From Squalus acanthias (Eukaryota), in the NCBI GenBank assembly GCA_030390025.1, contig CM059432.1:63676001-63740000 (forward strand): a stretch of 64,000 bases of DNA, written 5' to 3'. Each line of letters starts with the position of its first letter. The first letter of the stretch is position 1. Positions 34,786-47,152 of the stretch are shown here, in pieces. The notes below the pieces were generated by a model that saw only the letters and a list, made by a program, of their open reading frames with translations, ran no database searches and had not been told where the DNA came from. Made by a program: the position numbers and the translations under genes.

Positions 34786-36995
34786 TTCACTGGAATCAGA
34801 GTCTGATGAGGCATTCACGGACAGCCCGTGCCGAAGGGAGATTTGCTGCCTGCCTCCTTTCTTCCTCCTCATCCTCCTCTTGCTCATGCTCTTTCTGAGG
34901 TGGACCCACAAACTTGTAGGGGGTGGTGGTGGTAGGGGTCAGCCTTACCCCTGACTCAGTGAGCGGTTCGAATCGCTCCCACGCCCCAGGTTCAGACCTT
35001 GGACTTATTTAGGGGTTGTGAATAAAGATGCAGTAGACAACAGGTTCCAATGAAAGAATTTTGACTTTTATTAAAAAAAGAAAAAAGGTAACAAACTTAA
35101 AACACACTTCACACTTAAACAGGTTGGGGAACACATGGTACAGGCGAGGGAGAATGACAATATACAAAACCCTTATCCCTCCCAAGAAACCCACTATCTA
35201 GCTAGGTTTCAGTTTCAGGAGATCAGGGATAATGCTCACCAAACAGGGGTTTTAACAGTGCGAAATCCAGCCAGGTAAGTTGATGGTGGTCTGGTCGTCG
35301 AGTGTCTTCCTGGAACGTGCTGCTCCTGGAACAGGGCTGAGCGGGAGAGTCCGGAGAGAGAGAGCCTCTTGGGGAATTCCTTGGGGTATTATATATGTTC
35401 AGCTCCTTTGTTCTTTTCTTTGCTCCCAGAACCCCTTACTAAAAATGGTTTTGTGCTGAAGTGATTTGGTTTTCAGTTGAGGCCTGTTCATTCCATTGTC
35501 TTGGTTCCTTGCAGGCTTGTTAAGTTTTGATGGGTTTAACTTGGTGTAAAAATGTTCTGTACTCTCTTCTTACTGAACTGTTGTAACTGCTTGATGGGCT
35601 TTCAATTATGCTAAACCAAATCAAATCCTGGTCATTGAAAGACCTCGTTACCAGTAACGACTTTTTACTGAGTGTCAAATGGCTTGCGTCCTGTCGATCT
35701 GTTGTTTTATTGGAGTTTGCATTGTCCTCATGTTTTGGGTTTCTTGCTGGGCCTAGCATTCCTATCTTTATGCATCTCTTTAATGGGTTCTGTGTTTTGG
35801 GTGGGGCTGCCTTCTCCCAGGGCCTATTGTCCAAATGTTAATGTTTGCTGGGGCTTGAATTCCAGCCTTTTAAAATTGAGGTTCCTTATGTTAGGCCCAA
35901 ATACATTTTTATCACTCTGGGGTAGTTCCAAAGTCCTTTTTTTTCTCCTTAGATTTTTGGGGATCTGCAAATTTTGGAAACTTTACAATCTCTGCTGGCA
36001 AGGGCTGCGCCCTCATGATGGCCAAGTTGTGAAACATGCAGTAGACCACCACAAAATGGGACACCCACTCCACCGAGTACTGGAGGGCTCCTCCTGAGCG
36101 GTCAAGGCAGCGGAACCATTGCTTCAGCAGCCCGATGTTCCTGGCGGCAACATGGTTCTCATTATATGAGTGCTGGGCAGGAGTGGTGGGGTTGTGGAGG
36201 GGAGTCATCAGCCAGGTGCAAAGCGGATAGCCCTTGTCTTCAAGCAGCCACCCTCGGGTTTGACGTGTTGGCTGGGAGATTGCTGGCACATCGGACTAAC
36301 ACAGGATGAAGGCATCATGGCTGCTGCCAGGCTAGTGGGCATTGACCATCAGAAAGTGCTGGGCATGGTCGCAGAATAACTTCACATTAAGTGAGAGGTA
36401 GCCTTTGCGGTTACGGAAGATCTCAGAATTGTTATGCGGTGCCTGTAAAACCACATGTGTGCAGTCGTTGGCGCCCTGCAACATGGGGAAGCCTGCTATC
36501 CTGGCAAAGCCACATGCATGTTCCTCCTGCTTCTCTCTGCTCAGAAAAGAAAACATAGTCCCTTCTCCTGGTGTAGAGAGACTCTGTGACCTCCCGGATG
36601 CAGCGATCGACAGTGAACTGGAAAATGTTAACTATGTCTCCTGCTGCAGACTGGAAGGATCCACTGGCGAAGAATTTGAGGACCACGGTGACCTTGAGGG
36701 CCACTGGGAGAGCCATGGTCACCCTGCTTTGAGGCTGCAGGTCTGGTTGCAGGAGCTGGCAGAGTTCTGTGACCACCTCCTTGCTGAAGCGGAGCCTCCT
36801 AATACACTGCTCCTCATTTAAGTCGATATAAGAGAAGTGCTCTCGGAAGACCCTAGGTGGGTAAGGCCTCCTGTCGTGAGCTCTCCTGGCCCTCCTCCTC
36901 CTCCCTCTGCGTGCATCTTCTCTTCTCCTTCACAGCCTCTGCTTCCTCTCTCGAAGATACTCAAGCACGAGAGGCACTCCAAGTAAAGAACCCAT
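34786..36995 (-). pseudogene. Harbinger transposase pseudogene, interrupted by a solo LTR
   Basis: RPYPPRVFREHFSY, VVTELCQLLQPDLQPQ, GFPMLQGANDCTHV, RNRKGYLSLNVK, WLLEDKGYP, LKQWFRCLDRSGGALQYS; stops and frameshifts. Confidence 0.88.
34915..35987 (-). mobile_element. Solo LTR (1073 bp)
   Basis: TGTAG...TTACA termini; near-TSD AACT/ATCT; splits the transposase C-terminus; minus-strand AATAAA near 35070 and TATA-like tract near 35390. Confidence 0.65.
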
Positions 36996-37464
36996 GACTA
37001 AGAGCAAGTGTTGTGATCAGAAGCCTTTAAATATGAATGAAGACGTTGTCCACATGTCCCTGTTACCTTACAATCTTGAAAGAAGTTGCAGAAAGTTCCA
37101 CAGAGCCAGTCAAACTGAAGAAACATGTCAGCTGCAAGTTGTTGCTGATGACCCCTTTAAATAACGCTGCTGGAACCTTCTTCCTACTTGTCAACATTTG
37201 CTCAGCTGGTCGCAAATAAGGCGGGCCAGTAAATGGAGCGGCGCACTCCAAAATGACAGATTGGCCGTCAGCTGAGTGTTGCACATTTACTGATGTCACG
37301 ATCTGCATAATCCCCATAATGATAGTGAGCACCCACGTTGGCAGCACTGCCGCCCAGCCGAAGATGGCAGCTGCCGCGGGACCAGCCAGCAGAAGTGCAG
37401 CGGGTGCCATTTTTTCCCGAATCGGGCATTAACGACCGGCGCTAAACCCCTGAATTTCTAGGCC

Positions 37465-38330
37465 TGAGAGCATTTCTGTTCCACGGGTAATGGTATAGAT
37501 AAGGTTTTATTTCTTTTCTTTTGGTGAGACAGGTCTGAGATCTGCAAGGTTGGTATCAGTAACAGCCTCAGTTTCAGGAGCTGTAATTTGCAAAATGTTT
37601 GTGCTTTCTGCATGGCAAACAGCAGTATGTGGGTATTCACCTCCATAGCTGCAGCACATGCTTTTAGACTTGGCATTAACAGTTAGTATGTGCCTCTGGC
37701 CTTGGTTTTGTTGGCTTGTGCTTTATGGACAGGACAATTTTTGTCATGTGTAAACAGCAGTTTCAATTTCTATGCCTGAATTTCTGATACCTCATTTGCT
37801 CTAGTCTATGCAATTGCTCTCCAACTTTGCTGCGAAACAACCTTGTAGCATCTGGATTATAATCACTTCATCCACATATGTGAACTTACACATGCTGGTC
37901 AGCTTCTACATCCTTCCACCGTACTCGACTATGTTTGCTCCAGTTTGTTGCTGTGCCTGTCTGAATTTACAGATTTTGCAGTCAGGATTTTTCATGGGTG
38001 AAAATTAATTTGTAAGTGTTGCTTTCATCTGACTATAGATAGCTCTTCTTCACCCTTGTTTCTGGCAAAGTGTCAAAAGTATTGTACACTTGCTCAACTA
38101 GCACAGCAAAGTACCATGTCACAGTTCTCTGTCATTATCTTTCATGCCTATAGGTCTGTTAAGGATTTCAATTTCTCTATTCACTTTTATCATCAAGGTC
38201 ACAGAGTGGTGTTCAAGTGGCAAAGCTGAAAGGCCAGGAAGGAAGCAATTCAGAAAAAGTCATTGCTGCTTATCACTGTACATTATTTTCTTTCTCTACT
38301 GGCTGTGTTCTCTGCATGTTCTAGAACAAT
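37465..38330 (-). pseudogene. Gypsy gag remnant (continuation of the 31400-32356 element)
   Basis: Zinc-knuckle-like GGEYPHTAVC near 37615-37645 and gag-like RQAQQQTGANI near 37930-37960. Confidence 0.45.
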
Positions 38331-39098
38331 TGTCCATAATTTGCTATCAAAATAACGGTGAGGCTAATGGCAGTCGCCCTTACTTATACGCAAATGCTAC
38401 GGCAATTTCAGACGAGGGCAGATGCGAGGTTAAATGCGGAAATCCAAAGTTACTGTCCGAGATGCGCCACTCCGCCGTTAACTTTGTGAAAACAGCATCT
38501 TGCTGTCTGCCTCACCATTGAAATGCATTGAACAGCATAAAGTTGCTGTACTTGCACAGTGGCTACGATCTAAACTCGCCACAGAAAGTTAAGTCTTGTC
38601 CATTTCAGTCTAAGTATTCTTTAAATGTCGTGATAAGTGTTAATTATTGCCAGTCAACCTCTCTGGCACTGAAATTAACTATTACAAGTGTTGAGTCTCA
38701 TTACTTCAGATTTCAATTGTTGGAGATATTAAAAATAATTTTTTTTTTTTAAATTTTCCTTTCTGTCTCTTTTTTTTCTTTTATCCAATCTTTCTTTCCC
38801 TCTCTTTATTTATTTGTCTGCACCTGATTTGGCATTGAATTCATCCACTCTAATTTGTACTTCCTTCTCGGTCCTTGTACTGTTAATATTACAATCCTTC
38901 AATTTGATTGGTTAAGGAGATACACAGTTGCTTGCCCTGTTCACTCAGGTCCCAGATGCCCTGTTTCCCTCACCTGCGACGTTATCAGCTCGCACTTTCA
39001 ACAACTTGTCACCCAAAATTTAAAAACCTAAACGTGCAAGGGGAAGTCTAATTAACGGCAGATGCCATTAGATTCACTCCTACAGCAAATAATGGCCC
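38331..39098. mobile_element. Non-autonomous Harbinger-type element (768 bp)
   Basis: TIRs TGTCCATAATTTGCTA / GGGCCATTATTTGCTG (12/16); TSD AAT (38328-38330, 39099-39101). Confidence 0.75.
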
Positions 39099-39202
39099 AA
39101 TGTGTTTTTTTCCAGTTTCTTTTTAATATGCTGTCAGCAGTTATGCTGTATCCTCATCAGCATTGTAGTGTCTGTAGTATCTTTTCTTGTCATCAAGAAA
39201 CG

Positions 39203-39496
39203 ACATTGAGGCTACAAGTTGTGGAGGTTTGACATGTCACTGTCTAGCTTTCTGCAGTCACTTTGCAACAGGGTTGAACCTGCTCTCACAGCTTATACAT
39301 TTAGGCAAAGTGAAATGAAAATCAGGAGAGGCGTTTAACGGGCGTCCGAGGTGATATCCTGTGTTTTAGCCCCCTTTGCTTAAATGTATCAACTGTGAGA
39401 GCAGGTTCAACCCTGTTGTACAGAGACTGCGGCAAACCAGACAGTGACATGTCGAACCTCAACAACGTGCAGCCTCTATGTAGTCAAAATTACCCC
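39203..39496. repeat. Long hairpin/foldback MITE with ~105-bp arms
   Basis: GACATGTCACTGTCT...CAACAGGGTTGAACCTGCTCTCACAG pairs with CTGTGAGAGCAGGTTCAACCCTGTTG...AGACAGTGACATGTC; right end AAAATTACCCC. Confidence 0.8.
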
Positions 39497-40415
39497 AGTA
39501 TGTAGATTACCCATGTAGCAGCTCTTAAGATTGCATGTTGGGCATTACAGCTTCAAGCTTTCGCTCCTTGTGGGATTGAGGGTGGATTTAAGGGGAATAA
39601 ATCTGGAAGGAAACTAACTAAAATGACAGCAATTCTGAGAGAAGATACTTAAAAGTATTCCTTCCAGATGCAGAGCTTCAATAAATTTGAATTTAGGACA
39701 AATTGGATGTCTTCTTGTCTTTCAATGTAGGAAAATCATTCAGATTTACAAAGTTGAATCTTCTAAAGTGGGTGACAACAAACTTGTATGATTTCTGCTC
39801 TGACTTGAGAGGATTTCGATTCTCGACAAGAAACTGAGCAGTGCCTGAAAACCTGCACTTTCAGAGGATGACAACACATTTTAGGTTCTGAGATTTACAT
39901 AACTGAGTTGGTGGAAATGACCTTATTGAATTAACTATATAGGCAGTTCCTGCTTTAAGTGTTTGCATTAATCACGAGTATGTTGGCCATGCATACTAAA
40001 TACTAAATAATAGTTAAGAACCCCCCAAAAAATTTGAATCTGATCTAATCAAACCCATTTGATCTATTCTGAAAATGGAATTTAAGAAAAAAAACTTTTA
40101 GTGTTCACTTCATAAAACCTAAAGCAACATCCACAGTGAAGTGATTCTGAAACCATTTAAAAAAGATATTGACATGTCTTCATGGAAAGGCAAAAATCAC
40201 ATCCATTCTTCGAACCCTTTCTACTCATCTCCAGCATAGTGGTACTAATAATTATAGAACATTTAAAAGCTGATTGAAGCCTTCAAACTGGATAACTGGA
40301 TTTCTGTGATACAAAATAATGTGCTTATTGGACCACCACAGTACTCCTGCTGAGATTAGATTTAAAACCACAAATTTCCTTGGAGTGAAGAAACCCCAAA
40401 GGAATTAAAAAGAAA

Positions 40416-40566
40416 GGGCAGATTTTCAACTTAGCACTGGGGCATAAAGCTGACATTGCGGATTGGCCACATTGATGTCAATAGAAATAACATCGAACCA
40501 TTTCTAGAATGAGCAGCCAATCGCAATGCCAGTTTCACTTCTAGGTAGCAAGTTGAAAATTTACCC
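40416..40566. mobile_element. Short hairpin MITE
   Basis: TIRs GGGCAGATTTTCAACTT / AAGTTGAAAATTTACCC; TSD AAA; inner arms CATTGCGGATTGGC / GCCAATCGCAATG. Confidence 0.7.
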
Positions 40567-40709
40567 AAAGTGCCCCAAAATGTTGAATTTGATACACCTG
40601 GAGATTAAAAATTATCAGGGATGGGATCTCACCAACTTCAGGGCTTAGTAATGAAAACATTTAAAGGAGACATCCTGCTAAGTTACAACTGTTGGCAGCA
40701 GTACAACTG

Positions 40710-41000
40710 ACGGTGTCAACCGCAGCTGAAAGGTAACAGTCTCACCTCTGAGTCAGGAGATTGTGGGTTCAATTAAGACTCCAGGGACTTGAGCATAAAA
40801 TCTAGGCTGACTCTCCCAGTGCAGTACTGTGGGAATGCTGCATTGTCTGAGATGCCGTCTTTTGGATGAGACGTTAAACCGAGGCCCCGTCTGTCCCTTT
40901 CAGGGGGATGTAAAGGATCCCATGACACTATTTCGAAGAAGAGCAGGGGAGTGCTCCCGATGTCCTGGCCAGTATTTATCCCTCAAACAACACCTAAAAA
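40710..41000 (+). mobile_element. tRNA-derived Deu-domain SINE (SacSINE1/AmnSINE-like), partial
   Basis: B-box-like GGGTTCAATT near 40765, then ATGCCGTCTTTTGGATGAGACGTTAAACCGAGGCCCCGTCTG...GATGTAAAGGATCCCATGACACTATT typical of the Deu core. Confidence 0.7.
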
Positions 41001-42964
41001 CATTTACCTACGTCTGAAGCAGGTGTTAGGTCATTAACATATTCAAAGAAGGGGCCTAAGGCCTGCTTCTGTTCCTTCTTACAAATGTGGTTTGTGTCTG
41101 AGGCAGCCAGCGCCAGGGATGTTTATCCCCGGGAAAACCAACGCTAAACAGCACTGAATTAAAAAAAGGTAACTACTTACCATTATCATTGCCGCTCCCG
41201 GGGCCGAGATTTCTGACCTCACTCCCGACTCCCGATTCCCTGACTCCGACCTCAAGGCCCCCGGCGACAGCAATGCCGACACCCCAACAATACTGCAGGT
41301 CCCCCCCCACCCCGATCTTCTTACCCGACCCCCGACAGCCCTCTGATCACGGACTCCGAATCCCACCCGTTCCTCCTCCAGACCCACGCAATGCAATCCA
41401 ATCACTTACCTGGAAATTGGAGCTTCAACCTGCACAGGCTCCGACCACAGTGCCATTTACATGATAATGAGGTCCAAGGATCAAAATCCCGGGCTCCTCT
41501 AACCTTCCTGTTAGGACTCTGTGGGTAAGGTGCCCAAGAATGGACGCTACCAAATTTTTCGGCCTATGTCTCTAAGCAAGGTCTGGCTGATTATAACTTA
41601 TGGACCACATTTGAATATTTGAGCTCGATATCCCACTCGAAGCTGGCAGGAATGATGTCCAGGCCAGTGGGCGGAGCAGGATTTGAGGCTGGTGCTGGCC
41701 ACCAACAGAGACCTAAAGGAAACAGGCCCTGGCATAAGGCAAATGTTGTGCGGGGGTTGGGGTGGGTGCGGGGCATGGGGGGGGGGGCGCTTCCCAAACA
41801 GATGCTGGTGTGAGGAGGGAGAGGGAGGACCAGGGCAAGAGAGGCCCGAGGATTGCTTCCTGCTTCTCCAAAGATTCAAAACATTTACTTACATTGGCCA
41901 CTTCTGCTGCATCCCGCCAGGTTTCTCTAGTGAGTTTGACCGGGCGGGCCTCCTTAAGGCTTTTTTTAAATCATGTCACGGCACCGATGACATCAATGGG
42001 GCATGACCTTTACATTTAAATTAGGCCCTCGCTTGCCTGTACCGGGAGCCTAGTCCGACTTCAAGATGTCGCCGGGTGGGAACCGTGCGCTTCAGTCCTG
42101 ATCATAACTCCTCCCTCGCACCATTCTCGCTGGGCGGGGGGTTAAAACCAACCCCATAGCTTTTCAAATCCATTTTTTCCCTAACAGATTCAAAATTTGT
42201 TTAACTAAACGAGCAGTCTCATGGTTTCAAAATTCTAGCTTATGCTGTAGTAATATCTTGCTTACAATTATGCTTCTGTTATCATCAACACAAAATCTGA
42301 TTCATTACCAAAGGGAAAGTATCTTTTTTTTATTATTGGGCTGTTCATTTTTTATTTATTAAATCCAATGTTCTTTTGCATATCTTAAAGTGGTAAATCC
42401 TGCACTAGCATTTATATGGTAATTGCAACTGATTACTCGAGGTTTACTATCCTGTTTTAATGACCACATAGGAGAATTATAACAGAATATTGGTTAAATC
42501 ACTATTTAAAGCAAATCAATAATTCACAGAAATGGTTTCAAATCAGAAGAACAGTTTGTCAATGATTTTGCATTGCAGTATTTGCTCCCAGCCTTGCTGC
42601 CACCTGTTCTGGCAGTCCTGTCTCCCTGTCTATGTATCTTCCTGTTAACAACTGTGGCTTTACAGCTTTAACTGCCCCTTCTGAGCTGGCATGTAAGTCA
42701 GTTGCATCTCTGGTGAGGATGTTATAGTTGTTGAATTAAGAATACATCTCCATTGGAATTCAGGTGAGGTGTGAAACAGACTGCCGATTCGCTGTCGCCC
42801 GTTTTATACTATCACACAAAGTCTACCCCCAGAAAACAAGAAGTCTCAACACAACCTTTCTGTTTGAGTGAACTCATTATGTGGATCTCACTTATATCCC
42901 ATCAGGAAATCCAAGAAATAATCCAACAATCTACCACCAGTGATATTGTATTTAATAAATACAA

Positions 42965-43310
42965 TATGTGTGTGTGCACTATCCACAGGATGCACTGAAG
43001 CAACTCGCCTAGGCTTCTTCAACAACACCTCCAAACCTGCGAGCTCCACCACTTCAAAGGACAAGGGCAGCAGGTGCAGGGAACATCAGCACCTCCAAGT
43101 TCCCCTCCAAGTCACACACCATCCCGACTTGGATATATATCACTGTTCCTTCATTGTTGCTGGGTTAAATTCCTGCAACCCCCCCACCTAACAGCACCCT
43201 GGGTGTACCTTCATCACATAGACTTAAGAAGAAGGCCCACCACCACCTTCTCAAGGGCAACTAAGGATGGGCATAAATGCTGGTCTTGCTAGCGACGCCC
43301 ATATCCTGAG
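42965..43310 (+). mobile_element. 3' fragment of the tRNA-headed LINE family
   Basis: Matches 5075-5420 (…CTCCAAGTCACACACCATCCCGACTTGG…CACCACCTTCTCAAGGGCAA). Confidence 0.8.
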
Positions 43311-43713
43311 AATAGCTTTTTTTTAAGCAGTAATTATGTGGAGACAAGTGTAAGTAATTTAATGAAAGGAAAGAGTGCACCACAAGGTTTTGTTCCCTTG
43401 AATCAATTACTGGCAATCTTCTACAATAGTTAAAATATTCCATTCTATGGCAGAACACTTTTCAGAAAATTCCTGTACAGTAGGATTGCATGCATAATAT
43501 GTTATTAACTATCTATTTTGCATGAACCTTTCCAGGCTCCTTGTAGAATTGGACAATAATGCGACCTAAACAGAATCTTAAACTGCAGAAAAATTACAAA
43601 ACATGAATGGGTAATACAACAGAACAGTTTGTCACTTCCTGCAACACGAACAAACTAATTATGTATCAACAGCAGTACAGTGGTAAATCACATATCTGAG
43701 TTCCAAAAACCGT

Positions 43714-44137
43714 GGGCAACACAGTGGCATAGTGGTTAGCACTGGTGCCTCACAGCGCCAGGGACCCGGGTTCGAATCTGACCTCGCGTGACTGTCTGTG
43801 TGGAGTTTGCACATTCTCCCCGTGTCTGCGTGGGTTTCCTCCGGGTGCTCCGGTTTCCTCCCACAGTCCAAAAATATGCAGGTTAGGTTGATTTGGCTAT
43901 GATAAATTGACCCTTAGTGTTAGGGGGGGATTAAATATGTGGGGTTTTGGGGATAGGATGGGATATGTTAGGGGGAATTAAATACATGGGGTTACGGGGG
44001 TAGGGTGGGATATGTGTACTGTGGGGATTAAAGCAGGGACAGGGTACTGGATTTGGATGATCAGCCATGATCATATTGAATGGTGGAGCAGGCTCGACGG
44101 GCCGAATGGCCTACTCCTGCTCCTAGATTCTATGTTT
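43714..44137 (+). mobile_element. Full-length HE1-type V-SINE with CR1-derived 3' tail
   Basis: A box TGGCATAGTGG, B box GGTTCGAATC, V-domain GTGTGGAGTTTGCACATTCTCCCCGTGTCTGCGTGGGTTTCCTCCGGGTGCTCCGGTTTCCTCCCACAGTCCAAA; tail shared with the CR1 3' end at 47140-47228. Confidence 0.9.
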
Positions 44138-44555
44138 CAATACTGGAAATCTGAAATAAATACTGAAAATGTATAGCATCTATAATTAGAAAAGAATGGT
44201 TAATGTATCAGGTTGAAATCAGGCTATTGGGAGCAGCAGCGAGAGCGGACGGACCTGTGAGGGAACAGGCGAAGGAGGAGCGAGGAAATAAAGCCCGAGG
44301 CTCGAGGCCCAGACCGAGCTATTGGGAGCAGCAGTGAGAGCGGACCAAAACAGGCAACATTCGAAAGTGACATCGGCACAAGGGAAGGAGCTGATTGGTA
44401 AGTAGGACCTGGTGAGTATTTCTACAGTCCAGTCGTTAAAGTAAAAGTAAGGTCTCTAGTTTAGAGCAAGTAGTGTTTAAAGTGAAGTAAGGTCCCTAGT
44501 GTATTTAATATTCTTTAATTTAAAGGAAGTAAAGGGAGTAAATTAAGGGTAGGAC

Positions 44556-45300
44556 ATGGCAGGGCAGCTCGGCAGCGTGGAGTGCTCCTCCGGTGCTATG
44601 TGGGAAGTCAGGGACACTTTTGGTGTCCAGGACGAACACGTGTGCAGGAAGTGTCTCCAGCTGCAGCTACTCGAAATCCGCGTTTCGGAGCTGGAGCTGC
44701 AGCTGGAGTCACTGTGGAGCATTCGCGAGGCTGAGATCTTTGTGGATAGCATGTTTAACAAGGTGGTCACACCGCAGGTAAAGAGTGCACAGGCAGACAG
44801 GGAATGGGTGACCACCAGACAGAGTAAAAGAACTAGGAAGGTAGTGCAGGAGTCCCCTGGGTCCATCTCCCTCTCCAACAGATTTTCCATTTTGAATACT
44901 GCTGGGGGAGATGGTTTCTCAGGGGAATGCAGCAAGAGCCAAGTCCGTGGCACTACGAGTGGCTCAGCTGCACAGGAGGGGAGGAAAAAGAGTGGGAGAG
45001 CAATAGAGATAGGGGATTCTATCGTAAGGGGAACAGATAGATGTTTCTGTGGCCGCAGACGTGACTCCAGGATGGTATGTTGCCTCCCTGGTGCCAGGGT
45101 CAAGGATGTCACTGAGCGGCTGCAGGATATTTTGAAGGGGGAGGGTGAACAGCCAGAGGTGATGGTCCATATCGGTACCAACAACATAGGTAGGAAGAGG
45201 GACGACGTCCTGCAAGCAGAATATAGGGAGCTAGGAAATAAATTAAAAAGCAGGACCTCAAAGGTAGTAATCTCAGGATTACTCCCAGTGCCACGTGCTA
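44556..45300 (+). pseudogene. CR1 ORF1 (zinc finger, leucine zipper, SGNH esterase), C-terminally truncated
   Basis: CRKCLQLQLLEIRVSELELQLESL, IGDSIVRG, CLPGARVKD, HIGTNN. Confidence 0.85.
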
Positions 45301-45469
45301 GCGATCTTTTTAGAAATCAGAGAAAGGGGGACCAAGAAATTGATAAAGAAAGGGAAAATGGAATATGAGCACAAACTAGCGAAAAATATAAAAACGGATT
45401 ATAAAAGCTTCTATAGGTATGTGAAAAGGAAAAGACTGGCGAAGGTAAATGTAGGTCCTTTAGTCAGAG

Positions 45470-47152
45470 ATGGGAGAATTTATAATGGGAAATGAGGAAA
45501 TGGCAGAGAAATTAAATAAATACTTTGTTTCTGTCTTCGCGGAGGAAGACACAAAAAACCTCCCAGAAATACGAGAAAACCAAGGGTGTGATGAGAATGA
45601 GGAACTTAAAGAAATTATTATTAGTAAAAAAACAGTACTAGCAAAATTAATGGGACTAAAAGTCGACAAATCCCAAGGACCGGATGACCTACATCCTAGG
45701 GTTTTGAAAGAGGTGGCCATTGGAATAGTGGACGCATTGGTAGTCATCTTCCAAAATTCTATAGATTCTGGAACGGTTCCTGCAGATTGGAGGATAGCAA
45801 ATGTAACCCCGCTATTTAAGAAAGGAGGAAGAGAGAAAATGGGGAACTACAGACCTGTTAGCCTCACATCAGTAGTTGGGAAAATGCTGGAATCTATTAT
45901 AAAGGATGTAATAACTGGGCACTTAGAAACTAATAGTAAGATTTGGCAGAGTCAACATGGATTTATGAAAGGGAAATCCTGTTTGACAAACCTATTGGAG
46001 TTCTTTGAGGATGTAACTAGTGGAGTAGACAAAGGGGAACCAGTAGATGTGGTGTATCTGGATTTTCAGAAGGCCTTCGATAAGGTCCCACACAAGAGGT
46101 TGGTGAACAAAATTAGGGCACATGGAATTGGGGGTAGTATACTAGCATGGATTGAGAGTTGGTTAACAGACAGAAAACAAAGAGTAAGGATAAACAGGTC
46201 TTTTTCAGGATGGCAGGCTGTGACTAGTGGGGTACTGCAAGGATCGGTGCTTGGGCCCCAGCTATTCACAATCTATATCAATGATTTGGATGAGGGGACT
46301 AAATGTAACATTTCCAAATTTGCTGATGATACAAAGCTAGGTGGCAGTGTCAGTTGTGAAGAGGATGTGAAAAGGCTTCAGGTGGATCTCGACAGGCTCA
46401 GTGAGTGGGCGAGAACATGGCAGATGGAATATAATGTGGATAAACGTGAAGTTATCCACTTTGGTAGAAAAAACAGAAAGGCAGAGTATTTCCTAAATGG
46501 TGAAAGATTGGGGAATGCAGATGCTCAACGGGACCTGGGTTTCCTTGTACATGAGTCACTGAAAGTGAATGTGCAGGTGCAGCAAGCCATTAGGAAGGCA
46601 AATGGTATGCTGGCCTTCATTACAAGAGGATTTGAGTACAGGAGTAAAGAAGTCTTACTCCAATTATATAGGGCCTTGGTGAGACCACACCTGGAGTACT
46701 GTGTACAATTTTGGTCTCCTTCCCTAAGGAAGGATATACTTGCCAAAGAGGGAGTGCAACGAAGGTTCACGAGATTGATTCCTGGGATGGCGGGACTGTC
46801 GTACGAGAAGAGATTGAGTAAACTAGGCCTGTATTCTCTTGAATTCAGAAGAATGAGAGGGGATCTCATTGAAGCATACAAAATTATTACAGGGCTTGAT
46901 AGGATGGATGCTGGGAGAATGTTTCCTTTAGCTGGGGAGTCTAGAACCAGGGGCCACAGCCTCAAGATAAAGGGTAGGCCATTCAGGACTGAGATGAGAA
47001 GAAATTTCTTCACACAGAGGGTGTTGAATCTTTGGAATTCTCTACCCCAGAGGGCTGTGGAGGCTCAGTCATTGGGTATATTACTAGTAAGGGCATCAAG
47101 GGATATGGCGATAGGGCCGATGAATGAAGTTGAGGCAGAAGATCAGCCATGA
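45470..47152 (+). CDS. CR1 ORF2 reverse-transcriptase portion, open for 560 codons
   Basis: [59 protein letters not shown]; no APE domain. Confidence 0.75.
   Translation: MGEFIMGNEEMAEKLNKYFVSVFAEEDTKNLPEIRENQGCDENEELKEIIISKKTVLAKLMGLKVDKSQGPDDLHPRVLKEVAIGIVDALVVIFQNSIDSGTVPADWRIANVTPLFKKGGREKMGNYRPVSLTSVVGKMLESIIKDVITGHLETNSKIWQSQHGFMKGKSCLTNLLEFFEDVTSGVDKGEPVDVVYLDFQKAFDKVPHKRLVNKIRAHGIGGSILAWIESWLTDRKQRVRINRSFSGWQAVTSGVLQGSVLGPQLFTIYINDLDEGTKCNISKFADDTKLGGSVSCEEDVKRLQVDLDRLSEWARTWQMEYNVDKREVIHFGRKNRKAEYFLNGERLGNADAQRDLGFLVHESLKVNVQVQQAIRKANGMLAFITRGFEYRSKEVLLQLYRALVRPHLEYCVQFWSPSLRKDILAKEGVQRRFTRLIPGMAGLSYEKRLSKLGLYSLEFRRMRGDLIEAYKIITGLDRMDAGRMFPLAGESRTRGHSLKIKGRPFRTEMRRNFFTQRVLNLWNSLPQRAVEAQSLGILLVRASRDMAIGPMNEVEAEDQP

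Larger units (their letters stand above)
32357..37464. mobile_element. Decayed two-gene Harbinger transposon inserted in the Gypsy relic
   Basis: Ends GGACCTAGAA...TTCTAGGCC; Myb gene on + and transposase on -, convergent. Confidence 0.85.

Noticed and set aside
43714..43790. tRNA gene
   Set aside because: It is the head of an HE1/V-SINE; the same applies to the heads at 1160 and 40710
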